Shown: positions 15,176-28,646 of the stretch, piece by piece | Layout: the number at the start of each line of letters is the position of its first letter | How positions within the stretch are numbered: position 1 is the first letter of the stretch | From: Podarcis bocagei | Lineage: Eukaryota | DNA: 64,000 bases | Reading direction: 5' to 3' (one strand) | Assembly (NCBI GenBank): GCA_964188305.1 | Contig: OZ076897.1 | Made by a program: the position numbers and the translations under genes | Notes under the pieces: model-generated | Databases searched by the model: none | Told to the model about the DNA's origin: nothing | The model's input: the letters and a program-made list of their open reading frames with translations, nothing else

Positions 15176-17479
15176 GAGTACATTGGTTACATTTGCAACT
15201 ACAGCTCCAGTTGACCCCAGCCATCATGGCCAACAATTAAGGATAATGGGAATTGTAGTCTAAGAAGGGCTGCAATTCCCTATCCCTGCATTAGGCAAAA
15301 AATCCTGATCATACAAGATGTTTGACAATAGAATAGACCCTCATTTGTTACAAGTTTTTTAAGCATATGCCATCAATCAGGGTTGCTGTAGCAATGGATT
15401 TCCTACAAAGGTCAAGCGGGTGACCTTTGACATCTCTGATTCTATATTGTAGATGAGCAATAACTTGGTATAGCCATGTGTTAGATAAGGGAGATCCCAG
15501 CCACAAGCACCTTCTGCTGAGGTGTACCATAATTGGGAAAGCCCTCTCCTTAAAACTCTGGAGTGCTACTGTTCTACTCTGAGCAAAGTGGACTAGAAAA
15601 CCAATAATACATGGAAACCTCATATGTCAATATGACAATTCTCTGCATTACAAGAATAAAAAGAAAATGAGCTATGGGCATAGACAGGCAACATAACAAG
15701 AACAGCGAGCCTAACTGTTTGGTATAATGATGCACTTGGTACATAAGAGGGGGATTCCTCCCCGCCCCCATGACTGCTTGTTGTGTGGTCTCCTTACACT
15801 GAGGATCCATGAAGGGCCACGTCATACAAAGGATTAAAAACAAAACTAAAGTTGACTGCTCTTCCGGCAATGCAATTTCCCATGGATCTTGTCTGCGTAA
15901 AGTGGTGGGGAAAACTATCCAACCAAATAACAACATATAATTCCCGTAAGAAGGAAATGACCCTGCAAGACCTCAACATACAGCCGCTTTCTATAAATAC
16001 ATATTGGCGAGTGGAACCGGTGGTCTCTGCTATATGACTGTATTTTGGTTCGACTAGTAGTTATTATGGTTCCTGTGCATTGGTTGTTCCATCTAATATT
16101 GATTAAGAGGGTATCTTTATCTAATTGTTGTCTATGCTGCTCTAGAATGTAGCATTTATACTGTATTTGTATTTAAAGGCAGGATAGAAATCAGTTAAAC
16201 ATAAAGTAGTTCAGCATTCAGCCTAACACAGTGGCAAGATGTAGTGATTTTCATTTGATATCACAATTTAAAGCAACATAAGCTTTGCAAAACTGTTCAT
16301 TAATATAGAAGCAGTGTCAAGAAATGCACCCTTCAAAAAATATTTGAGACTTCTTGCAGGAGCAGAGTTATACAATCCACGTGTATTAATTAAGCTTGGA
16401 ATCGAATTACTACAGTTCTCTTAAATGATCCTAAAAAGTAAACATAACTGAACCACTAAATGCTGTCTTAACTACACCCTCAACCTTTAACTGGTTGAGA
16501 GAAACTTTTCAATCCATTTTCCATATTTGTTTATATCATTCTTCTTTACAAGCTCGATTATTGCAGAAATTTGGAAAATAACTGGCAAATTTACACTACT
16601 GTGATTCAGTTGGTAAAAATATATCAATGCAAGTTTCAGCATGTGGCAATACCAAATGCTTTGGGGCTTGTTTTTCAAAAAAAAAAAAGTAGTTATTAAT
16701 GTAGGAGTATGAAACACAAATCCAGCAAGGAATTCTATAATTAGGGGGAAATCCTTACTTTCTGAAAACATCAGAGGGATTGCTACAGAGAAGAAATCAT
16801 TCTACGGTTACAGCTTAGGTAGCACTCCTTCATTATTGTGCAAGGAAATGTTCTAGGATTATGTTATACCTGTAAAGCCTATGAAGCATCATGCCAATCT
16901 GTTATATAATTTATGAGATTGCATCCAACGTTGTGCTAAGTAACTTGTTCCATTGATGAAAGGATTTATGCTTCCAGAACAGAACTTTCTCCCCTCTCGG
17001 ATGTCCCCTTCCCCAGTTTTCATTGTTTCCCCTCAAGCCCGTCAGAGTAACTTGGGGGAGGATGTGGAACATGCATGAAGGAAGGAGGAATAATTCCCGC
17101 CCCCCATGAAGGCATAAATCCTTCCAATAATAGAACAAGGACATCGGATACCAACCATGATCGTTCACATTGATTATCACTGCTCAGAGCCTTCAGATAG
17201 GTAAGGCATATTTGTTCACAAAGCTGCTAGAAGGATTCCAAGGAACAAAGCAAACTCCAAGGTTCCCTCCATCAAAAAAAAATCAAAAAAAATCAGTGAC
17301 ACTCAGATATAGTCCTCTTTCAGGACTATAGTGTAGCAGCCCAGGAAAACATGGAGATATCATATCTGAGGTGCCCACATCTCTAACCGTGAATCTATGT
17401 GTTCCACTTAAGGTTTGATGCAGATGTGGGCAACTGCTAGGTGTTATGCTTCAAACAATGTGACTCGGCCATTGCTTCT

Positions 17480-17650
17480 TGGGGAAAGGCTTAGTGCTAG
17501 AACATCTCCTTTGTTAGCAGAAGGCCCCATGTTCAATCCCAGACATATCCTGGTCTGAAATCCTGCAGAACCACTGCCAAAACTGTGAGGGCAATACTGA
17601 GACATATGGACCAAGGATCTGACTAAGCATAAGGCAGGTTTGTAGGTTCT
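17480..17650 (+). mobile_element. Degraded tRNA-derived SINE (Squam2-like)
   Basis: B-box-like gttcaatcc; tail caatactgag...atggaccaa...tctgact...ataaggcag shared with the 32295 copy. Confidence 0.6.
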
Positions 17651-18860
17651 TTGTTCCAGAATTTTTAACAAAATAAAATGTACATTGTATTGTCCCATAA
17701 TCCTATGTTCAATCTGACACCTGCAGCACCTTAATCCAATCCAGCCTATATTTTCCATCTTGAGGCAAAGTCTAAATGTAGGACTTGGGGGAAAGAAAAG
17801 CAACATGTGGCCCTCCAGATGCTGTTGGATTCCAGCTCCCATCAGCTCCCATCACTATGATCAAATGTCAGCAATGAGGAGAGTTGCACTCCAGCAACAT
17901 CATGAGAGTCACAGGTTCTCTAGCCATGCTTTAGGGCTATAACATCGACATGTAATATTGTTATAACCCTGCCCTGAGCATTTATGGTGAAGGGCAGGTT
18001 AGAAATCGCATCAACAAATTAGTTTTAGGGATGCTCTGGGCCCACACTGTACACCCAAGAATTTCTCCAAGCAGGTTTACAACAGTGGTACCACCAGCAA
18101 ACTAGCAGGTAGGGAGCAAGCAACTTTGAATGGAAAAAGGACGCAGCCACAAGACTTCTCAGCCTTGCCCTGATGTAATTTCCCTGTTAACCTAGCACCA
18201 GGCTGGCTTGCTGCTTGTGATGTGAGAACAAAAGCATCCGAGGCAGGAAACTGCTACAAGCTATTTTACTTGCATCTGGAGCTCCATGCAGAGGAAGAGA
18301 CTGATACAGGGATTCCATGAATAAGCCTAGAATTCTATGCTTCCAAGTTCTTACCTGAAGACATGATACATCAATCTTGACTCTTGTTTGGAGTCTGGAT
18401 TGAAGAGTACTTGAGAACCCTATATCTGTTTCCTTGCATGCCATAAATAAGACCAGTGGGATATAAAGGTAGAGGGCCCCTGTCTTCCCTAGGCCCCAAT
18501 GTTTTCCTAAAAAGCCCTGACAGTTTAAAACTTGGGAGATAATAATAATATTTTTTTAAAAATTATATCCCGCCCATCTTGCTGAGTTTTCTGGGTTGCT
18601 TACAACATATATAAAAACACAACAAAGCATCAAATATTACAAAACAAAATATTCTATACAAGCAACAAACAAATCAATAAATCAACATCAACCCAACCAA
18701 AACAAAACAGAGGAACCAAAATTAGAATGTTTAAAACATTTTAAAACATTTTAACCAGTTGCCCCAACCCAAGAGTTGTTCCAGCAATGTCCCTCCGGCC
18801 TCTCAGGAGCCTCTTTTAGGAAGGACACAAAGTGGCTTCAAATCAGTGTGAAGGTAAGTG

Positions 18861-19078
18861 CAGTGGTACCTCAGGTTAAGTACTTAATTCGTTCCGGAGG
18901 TCCGTACTTAACCTGAAACTGTTCTTAACCTGAAGCACCACTTTAGCTAATGGGGCCTCCTACTGCCGCCGCAGCACGATTTCTGTTCTCATCCTGAAGC
19001 AAAGTTCTTAACCTGAAGCACTATTTCTGGGTTAGCGGAGTCTGTAACCTGAAGCGTATGTAACCTGAGGTACCACTG
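18861..19078 (+). mobile_element. Tc1/mariner (pogo/Tigger-like) MITE, full length
   Basis: Terminal inverted repeats (TIRs) CAGTGGTACCTCAGGTTA / TAACCTGAGGTACCACTG; right flank TA (left TG); internal TAACCTGAA repeats; two more copies in the window. Confidence 0.9.
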
Positions 19079-20699
19079 TACAAATATGAATCCATAAATA
19101 CAAGGGAATAATATAAAAATGAAATTAAAACAACAGTGACAATGTAAATTTAAAAAATGTACTGTGTATTTTGGGTCTATGGACCGCAATAAAGTTGTGT
19201 GTGTGTGTGTGTAAATAAAAATACAGATCTCTCCCTGCACCCCTCACGTCACCATAATCAGTTGCTCTAATAAATACACTGGGAAATTGATTCAAAAATG
19301 CCCTAGAGAAGCTTAGTCTTTCAGATTGGCCACAAAGAAGGAAATTTGTATTTTTAAAACTTGCCAGGCCTTAATAAACTCAAGCACTTTTAAGAAGCAT
19401 CTTCTCCATTTGGCTTGTTGCTAATGAATACATTCCATGTGAGAAAGTGATTAAGAAACACTGAATTCATCCACAGAAAACTAATGGCACATTTCATATG
19501 GCTTTAAGAAGGAATGAAGGTTAGCCCATATCCCTGCTGCCTTTACCCCATGGGAGGAGACAGGATAAGCAAAAGGGAAACATGGCAGTATTAAAATCGA
19601 AAATAAGATCCTGCACTTTGGCTTCTTGTTTATTTGCTTGAAGTCATATATGCATGTGATTCAGAGTGCAGGAATGAAGCCTGCAAATATGTAAGTGGGA
19701 AGAGCTCACTTACACTTCTTGTGCATACTAACCATTTAATCTATTTAACCTTCATACCAGTGGGACTCCTATGGCACTTCAATTTGAAAAGGGAATTCAT
19801 TTTCTAAAGTTAAACAATGAAATTAGAAATAGATACACCACTGCTGTGGGCACTCAAAAAAGGATTTCCAAAATCAATCTATGGATGCCCATAACAACTC
19901 TGTCAAGGCATGAAAAATGACATTTTAACATCTATGTTTCAGTTTCAGAGCTGCAGATGAATCTACCAATAAATGTATTTCAACATGGCAGGCTTTACAT
20001 GTTTTTAAACATTTTGAAATGGTTTAAAATCTGAATAAACTAAATCTCAGTCTGAGCTTCTTGGAAAACCCAGCCAATCCTGTGACAAAGTAAGTCTTTA
20101 TTAACTGAATCTGTTAGGGGGTTGGGATGACTTGCTACAGAGCAAGTACTAATAACCTCATTATCCACTGGGGGCCCCGAAGAGAGTTGACTACTGAATT
20201 CAAACAAAGGATGCATAAAATTAAACCTAGGGCATGTAAAGCAGAAAAGCAAAAAGGTCCCCAAACAAACGTCATACTAAGCACAAATTGGATAAGGTTC
20301 ACATGAGCTTATCTGGTTTCTGTGCGGGAACTTAAATAGGAGGTAAAATCAATGCGGAAACTTAACTGATACATCCTTAATCATAACATTCATTGACTTT
20401 ACATTTAATGAAGCTGCACTAGGCAGGCCCTCATAGACTGGCATAAAGCATGTCTCTCCACCTCAGACAGAGTAAAACGTTTTAAAATGTTCCTGTGGCT
20501 GCCACCTGCTCTGTGATCCGAGACTTATTATATCAATTTATTGACTCGCATTAAGAAGCCTGTATGTCGAACTTGGGAGAAAGGGGAAAGGCATAAATTG
20601 GTCACTATAATTTTCAAGCTCCATGCTGTCCACATACATAATGCATCAACCACCTCTTTGTAAACCTAAGAAAAATAGATGATCCCCAAGACATAATTA

Positions 20700-20942
<243 letters not shown>

Positions 20943-21978
20943 CTAGGCCTGGTCCTGGCTGGGCACCAAATGAGCTAGAACTCTTCACCCTGGACCACAA
21001 TAATTTCCAATGACAGTGTTGCTTAATGACCAACTTTCTGTGCCACTTCACACTGTACCTCCTATGGAGCCTTGTCAGACTCCATCCCCTTTCAGCAGGA
21101 AACATGCAAAGACAAAGCACCATGTTTTGGTTTATCTGTACTGCACATATCCTTGAGCAAGCAAGCAACCTCGTATGTTTCAAAATTATCTGGCAGATGG
21201 CCTGGACCTCTTTCGCAGACTGACAGCTTGTCAGGACAGGAACCATCAGAGTAGTTGTGGAGAGGTGCAGAAACAAAATAAAAAAGGATTTAACAAAAAA
21301 ACAAAACTCCATTTGGTATGTGATTTCTAACCACATTCTAAAATTGGAACCATTTGCTTTCATATGCAGTCATTACACAGTTTCCCCAACCCCACTCAAC
21401 CCAGAAAGCCCAAAGCCATAAATATGAACATACACAAATAACCTGCATATTTAGAACTGAACTCTGATCTGGAATTAACATTATTTTTGCACAGATTGCA
21501 ATTAGGAACATCGCTTGCATTTGGTGGTAGCGGGGAGACAGGTTCTGCATATGCACTCAAGTGCTTCTGACCCTAAGGGTAAGAGGCTTCATCTTTTCAG
21601 GGTCTAGGCAAAATCTCATCAGCTTCACTACACATGAATTTTGTCCCACTTTTTCAAACCCCCTGCAGGCACAGTAGTGGCTTTCAAAGGCCCTTGCACC
21701 CAGCAGGGTGCCACAAATCAGCATGCTATGAAGAGTCAGAAGTTGTAAGAAGGAGAGAGATATTTATGCTTGGTATCATGTAGCAAAAGGAAGGCGATAA
21801 AGTGGCTTCTCCCTCTGTTTTCCTTCTGTTTGCCACACACAAAGGGCCAGTGCAGAGGTAAGATTTTAGATCTCTTAACCAATATTTTAATTCTAACTCA
21901 TTTGTACTACTTGGTGACACAACGCAAGCTATCCATTAACCATTGCAAATGTGGACCTGGCCAGTGTTATTTATGTTT

Positions 21979-22093
21979 AGTGCTATCTTTCTAGGGGGAA
22001 AAGGTGCCAGAATTCACCCTTGTTCTCTTATAATGGCACCGGAGAGATGCCTGAACTGAGTTCCAGTGAGTTCTGGCTGGAAAAAAAGCCCTG
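21979..22093. mobile_element. Short non-autonomous DNA transposon (hAT-like)
   Basis: Imperfect TIRs tagtgctatctttc / gaaaaaaagccctg. Confidence 0.45.
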
Positions 22094-22169
22094 GATATGC
22101 TCAATGTGGGGCTACTCTTACAAAGCATCCAGAAACCTTGCTTCAAAATGCTGGCACCAAATTTTTTTC

Positions 22170-22330
22170 TGGGAATAGAACATATTACCCTGGTTTTGAC
22201 TATTACTCTGACCCTTAGTAATTGTAATTGGCTACCTGTTCATTTTCATGCTCAATTCAAGGTGCTGGTTCTTACCTTTAAAGTCCTGAGAAGTTTGGGA
22301 TCTATTTACTTGAAGGACCACATCTTCCTT
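22170..22330 (+). mobile_element. L2 LINE ORF2 C-terminal fragment
   Basis: WLPVHFHAQFKVLVLTFKVLRSLGSIYLKD matches the L2 LHWLP...FKVLxLTFKAL..LGPxYL motif. Confidence 0.8.
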
Positions 22331-24654
22331 GAACCCAATCAACATAGAAAGCTACCTTGCCCCAATAGCTACCTACTGCCAGGCAGCGGCTCTCCAAAGT
22401 TACAGGAAGGAAATGGTGGAGATTAAACCCAGGACTCTCTGCAAATAATGGGCTCTACTGACAGCCCTTAAAGATCCCGCTTGGGTTCCCCCACTGACTG
22501 AGATACACCACATAAGGAATGGATCCTTCTCAGTTGTGGCACCCACACTGTGGAATGTCTGACTGGGCCCTTCTTTATTTGCATGCTCCTGCCTCTATAA
22601 GACCTTCTTGTTTGAGGAATACCTAAGGGGAAGCTGCCTGGGTTGTTCTTCCTGGCTCCCACTTACTGCTATGACAGGAGCGGGGAAAGGGGGAAGGCAC
22701 CTTCTTCCAAAGTGTTTTTGGAGCTGCTCTCTTTGATCTGTTTTAGTGGTACTTCACTGACATCTTGATCATTTGTCTGTTGTAAGCAATTTTATCTACT
22801 ATTAGATGCTTTGATTTAGTTTTTCTCTGGAAAAGGAATTTTAGCAAGCATTCTTAACTCACAATGTTTCACCACATACTTAAGGGTATTAAATACAGAT
22901 TAATTATCCCTCCTCAAGATCCTCTATTCACCTAAACAGCCACGGGTGGTAAAATCAAGATGGTCGGTTCCCACTATTTCTATGCATGCTAATAGATAAA
23001 GTTGGGATTCTAATCTGCTTCAGTGAGTGAGACTGGACTCAAGGGGTAGCAACTTCTAATTAATGTGAACTACAAAGGTCTGACCTTGTGCATGTGGTAT
23101 TTACAGGATAGATCTCTGCAATCGACCCAAAGGCATTGTGCCATGTTATTTAGGGGATCCCATAGTACCAGTATGATGGATACAGGAGGGATTTGTAAAA
23201 CTTGCAGTACTTCAAAGTGGGTGAAGCATAATCAGAGGAGAGACTGTATAAAGTATTATTTCTGTTCAAAGCTATCGTCTTTTTAATATAAATGAGATAT
23301 TTAATGAAGTTCTGAATTGTAGCCTTATCTTTCCCAGTTTGATCAGCACTAGGGAGATTTACTGCATAGAAGGGTCAACACAATTACCATTGGAGGCACG
23401 TCAGGCTGCAGGAGAATAATAAACTTGCCATGCAAGTGAATTAGGCTCAATAAGGTTTAAATTGTGAATCGAGGATTTGTTTTATTCAGGTTCCCCCCCT
23501 CCTAAAATTGCAGATTACTACTGACAGTTCCACTGAAAAGTAAATTAAACAATATGCAAAGCCTCTGATGTAAAGGAATCAAAGGCAAATTTAAGAAGAA
23601 TAAAAATGTTAAAATTCTGAAATGCTATTAAAAAGGAAAGAAAAAGAGATACTATCCAGGGACTGAAAGTTGCATGCCAAGTGTATTCGCACAAATGAAC
23701 TGTACTTTGTTTCAACTTTCTTCAAACAAAGGGTGAAAATTACCCTAAATGACTAACATGACTTACTGTATTTTCCCAGGGAGATAGGACTGTATCTTCA
23801 AGTTTATATAACAAATGTCTAGTTCTTTATTGAACCACATAATATAACCATTTCTCAAGGGACAATGCATATCTAAACACTATCGAGCTCTGAGTAGATT
23901 TCCCCCCTCTATTCTTTTCAAAAAGAGGCACAGAGAAAGAGGCAGCTTCGGAACCTAGGGAGAGGAATAGGCATTCGCTCCAGGTGAACTGGTAAGCAGC
24001 AGCTTACAGAGAGGGGTAAACAACAGCACTGTTGCTTAATGGCTGCACTCTGAAAAGAGTGCTGGCATGTCTTACCACTTTCATGGGAAAAAGACTTTAT
24101 TCAGTGACAAATTAGCATATCAAAAGCCAGATTTAAATCAAGACATCAACAGTCAGCCACACAAATATTTAACTAAAGATACAATGCCTTTTATAAACTT
24201 GCAAAAAAAACAACAACAACCCAACAAAAGTTTTTTTGTAAAAGGGGAGGAGAAGATTCCACAAAAAGCCCTTTTAAAAACACTTTTGTTGGTTCTTCTG
24301 CAAGAAGGTTTGCATAAAGAAAATGTGTCAAAGCAATGGCGAGTTTTGCTGACAGGAAAAGAACAGAAAGGGGTGGAAAAGGTGCAGAACCAAGGTCTAT
24401 TCTGTCATTTATCTCAGCCTTTGCCCAAGCACTGGCTGGGACTGATGGGAGTTGTAGTCCAGAACATGTGGGAGAGCCCAGGCTGCTTTATCTACTTTGA
24501 CAACTTTATGCCTGGGCCTCAGACCATCAGACCTTACTTTGTGTTCACAGTGGTTAATGGCATGAGCTATGAGTCCAATGTTTCCAGTTCAAATCTCAGC
24601 ACACCGAAGAACCATCTCACCTTTCCACACACCTCCGAAACATGATGATAATGA

Positions 24655-25469
24655 TGTTACAGATTTGAGTTTAGGGGTGCAAAGGCACCCGTAACTGTTA
24701 GAATTAGTGAATGTTAGATATTAGTAAGGTGGTGGGAGCCATTGAAGGGAAGATGCAAGGCACTGCAAAAAATACAGTATCTGAAGAAGTGTGCATGCAC
24801 ACGAAAGCTCATACCAAGAACTAACTTAGTTGGTCTTTAAGGTGCTACTGGAAGGAATTTTTTTATTTTGACTATGGCAGACCAACACGGCTACCTATCT
24901 GTAATCAAAAAAATACAGGCTAAGCTCTCTTTCCAGGCCAGGACAGAAGAAGCTGTTAAGCATGACAAAAAGTGTTGATGGCCCATCACAGGGAAATCCT
25001 TGGGACTGTGTCAAAGGAGGTTGCCAATGTTATGCTGAGAGATGGCATAGGTTACAGGAAAATGGTCATCTTTTAAAACTAGGCTTGGAATAGCAGGTAG
25101 GAGCGGGGTGAACAGACAGAAGGGGGGAGTTGCCTGGCAAGGGGGTTCTGGGAAAGAAAAGCAGGAAATAGGTAGAACTCCATGCAGGGGCTGAACGGCA
25201 GACCATCTTGGTGGGCTAGCTGAAGGCAGGCTGGGACAGAGACACAGAGATGTACAGTAGTGGAATCCAAAGCTGCACTGCTGTGAGGAACAAGCCCCTT
25301 TTGAGATGTGAATGCTATAAACTGTGCACTTCCTGCATTGAAAGCTTCTGGTGCAAATATGTGTGGGATAAACCATATTTATTAAGAACTTGATTCCCAA
25401 CAGAAACATAACCCTGGAATCTTGCTACTGCTTGGCAGAGACTGGGTATGGTGGGCAACTTTTGTAACA
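24655..25469 (+). mobile_element. Solo LTR-like element interrupting a MIR-like SINE
   Basis: Begins TGTTACA and ends TGTAACA (inverted termini, TG...CA); flanks about 24550-24654 and 25470-25535 join into a MIR-like SINE; TSD not clean. Confidence 0.6.
24778..24905 (+). mobile_element. Penelope-like terminal fragment
   Basis: ctgaagaagtgtgcatgcacacgaaagctcatacc...ggcagaccaacacggctacc; flanked by direct repeat AAAAAATACAG (24767-24777, 24908-24918); closely similar copy at 54145. Confidence 0.75.
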
Positions 25470-28400
25470 ATATATTTAAATCGAATCTTGCATGGATTAT
25501 TGCAAGTATTACTGAGATATGTATGAAAACATTGGCTTCATGTTATTTATCTACCCCGGCATCGTATGTGGTGGATAGCTGCTCATGATGGGAAAGAATC
25601 TCTCAGGCAAGGCAAGGCTCCAGCCTAAGCAACCATCTCTCCAAACACCCATGACACAACTTCCTCTACTAGTGAGGACATCTGCTTCAAGTAGGACAGA
25701 CTTCCCTGTTAGTCAAGGCTTATGCATGCTAATTACAAACCGAGGGAGTAGCTTAGGCAGGAAGGGAGGGGATGGGGACAAGGTGATCTAGTGGCTCCTG
25801 AACTTTGCTTTGAGGTCTGTTTCATGTAGCAGAGACAAATGGGGCTGCGGAATATACACCATCTCCTGAAATGTTCCCTGTTCCCCATGCAGACAGAAAT
25901 GTTGAGATGGGAGAACGTGAGAAGAGTCTTGCCCAAGGAGTCAGACCAAAGGCCCATCTCGTCCACCAGCCAGTGATTACCCACCTGCTTAACCCTAGCA
26001 TCATTCCAGACCGCCCTCTTGGGATTTTTAAGATACTTCCAAAACAACAACAACAACAACAACAACCTTCAGTGCTCAACTTTTAATTGAATTTACAAAA
26101 ATTTTATGGCACTTTTAAGCATGCACTCCTTCCTTACAGTCCATAAGTTATTCAGCAGTTATTTTCTTAATGTCATACATGTGTCTACAGTCAAAACAGG
26201 TGGGGGTTGGGCTGAGTTAAAATAAAAAAGGGTGTCCATTGTTCCCTAATCTCTTTCAAGAATAGAAGGACATCTGGCAAAAAAACAAAAGTTTATCACA
26301 GCGTCACTCTTAGTCGCTGGTCAGAAGCTGTAATGTTATTGCACAAATCAGTCATGAGCAGGAAAGCAGCCCACACGAAAACAGGCACTTTTGTCCTTAT
26401 GCAGACAGAGCCATGTTTTAAATAAGAAATTGGACTTTGCCACATGGTCCTTCATCATCTAGATAAGAACAAGCTGCTCGATAAATACTAGGTACTTGAT
26501 AAATACTACCTGCTCTAACCAGAACCTGTTCAGTCCTTATCTAACAAATGATAAAGGGACAGTTAAATGACCACTGGCATTTCAACAATATAATTGCCAG
26601 GTGGTGTATTAATAAAGTAGGGGGGGGGGAAGACCATCTAAAAAAAGTGATGCCAAAACAGTACGTGGTAACATTAAGTTTTCCTCCCATCATTATTTTA
26701 ATTGTCATCTGTCTAGGGTTGTCATGAAGGTAGGTAATGAACATTGGGAAGCAGGGAATGTTTGGTTTTGGAGGATTTGGAACAGACACTCAAAAACCGA
26801 AGAGAAAGAGAAGCAGGTCTGCCAAATTTGAAGACCCTGTACCCTTTCACAAGAAGCATGGCCATACGCATGCACACATGCGAGCGAGCGCACACACACG
26901 CACACACACATTATCCTTTAATTAAACTTTTTTACTGTTTCACTCAAATAATTGTAAAAAAAAAAAAAAAAAAAATTCAGGTCAACTGAAGTAGAGCCCA
27001 GTCTTTCAGTGGCCACTGAGGTCTAAAATACGATGCCAGCGAAAGGCTTGTACTGCTCTTAAAAACCTTTTTTTAAAAGAAGAAGAAGTCTGGCAATTTA
27101 GGAGTATTTAAAATGAATACAATCTCTGTGGCCCAATATGCTAAGAGTCACATTTTACCTTCTTTTTTATTACAAGACAATGTACAAAACTCCAATTTAA
27201 ATCCCAAAACACATTAGTCTGAAGTACTATCATTATTCTAACAGCCAAAGAAAAAAGTGGCCTCTGGGTTAAAAACAGAAAAGGGAATTTTTCAACTTAT
27301 TACCAGCTACAATGATTTCTCCAATCAAAATTCCACCTCCAGCAACACCTCTCTGAACATCCCTCATGATTCAAATGTAGACTTACAAAGTTATAAATCT
27401 TTGGAATCGGATGTAGAAAACAATTATGAGGGTGAACAAGTTGAACATAACCTTTCACATTGTGTTACAGCTGTGATGCCTTGATAAGCTTCCCAACCAA
27501 TACTGTTTTCCAGCCCTAACACAAACCAGTGACATGCTGAACAGCAGAGGTAGCCATTTCAACAACAGAGATCTGGGGGATTTATGCAACCACTTCTGAA
27601 AGAGAAACATATTTTAATTTTCCCAGACAAAAGCTTGGAGAAAAGCAAGGCAGACATTGTCTATCCCCTAATATTAAGCTCTAACAGAAGGCAGCTTGTG
27701 CAGTGATACACAAGGCTATTTCTCAATGTGCTTAACTCTGCTACACATTTTATTTATAGGCCCTGAGACTTTCTGGCGTCTACCTTGTTTGCCTGGGCCA
27801 AAGTTCAACACACTTGTTTAAAACATGCTTTATTGAGGCCATGCACTGGAATAAGTGGAAGCTGAGCAACAACCTGCCAGCTACATGTTTTCTAGAGTAT
27901 GTGACATTAAATCTGTATTTATGCTTATTTTCCTGAGCACTAACAGTACAATAGTGTATATGCGTAAGTTTTTATCCTGAGGGTGTACAATAATGCAAAC
28001 ACACACACCAGGTTCTGAATTTTGGCTGGATTGCACCCAGTCTTAACAAGAAAGTGCCAGATTCAGGGTTTTGCAGTGCCAGAGCATTTAATTATATGTA
28101 TGCAAATGTATGTATATGCACTTTATCTATGCTTCTTTACCCCAGAGATCCTAGGGGCAGACCCAGTTGAAACTTGAAAGCTGGACAGCACCTAGTGAAA
28201 CATAATGTAAAGAAGTCTGCTAGTTCCTTCCATGCTACAACTAAAGACTGTGACTCCATGGCTTAAGATCCAGCCTGATTAATAGTTCTGGAGAACTCAA
28301 AAGCTTTTTTCCCTGTTCTGCACCATTTGGTTGGTCCAAATGGTATTGGTAGGGTGTGGAATTTGGATTTTCCCTCATAAACCAACAGCTTCATTTGCTT

Positions 28401-28646
28401 TTTATAACTACACATGTCTTTATATAATGTTTTTTACTCAGTGTTTACCAAGGAGCCTATTTGGAGTACATGTCAGTTGCATGGAAAAGCAAAAACACAG
28501 TTCTGCTCAAAAAAACGACGGTTGAAAAAGTTCTCAAGAATACAGGATGGCGTTACAGCCTTGATATCTTGCACTTCTTCAAATTTTCTGATGCATTTTC
28601 AACTCAATGTATCAAATAAATGGGATGTATCAAAATAGGTATTTAA

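Noticed and set aside
18357-18444. ATG-initiated frame MACKETD...SCLQ ending at a strong donor CAG|gtaaga
   Set aside because: Phase 0 donor is incompatible with the phase-1 acceptor of the next exon (13567); nearby acceptors are weak
18861-19078. Recurrent TAACCTGAA units resembling a CRISPR-like array
   Set aside because: Irregularly spaced internal repeats of a TIR-bounded MITE in a vertebrate intron
20300-20640. Repeat-free stretch resembling a conserved non-coding element
   Set aside because: Cannot be supported without cross-species alignment
24067-24645. Longest ORF in the track (192 aa, plus strand)
   Set aside because: Low-complexity, runs through MITE and SINE relics, no recognisable domain
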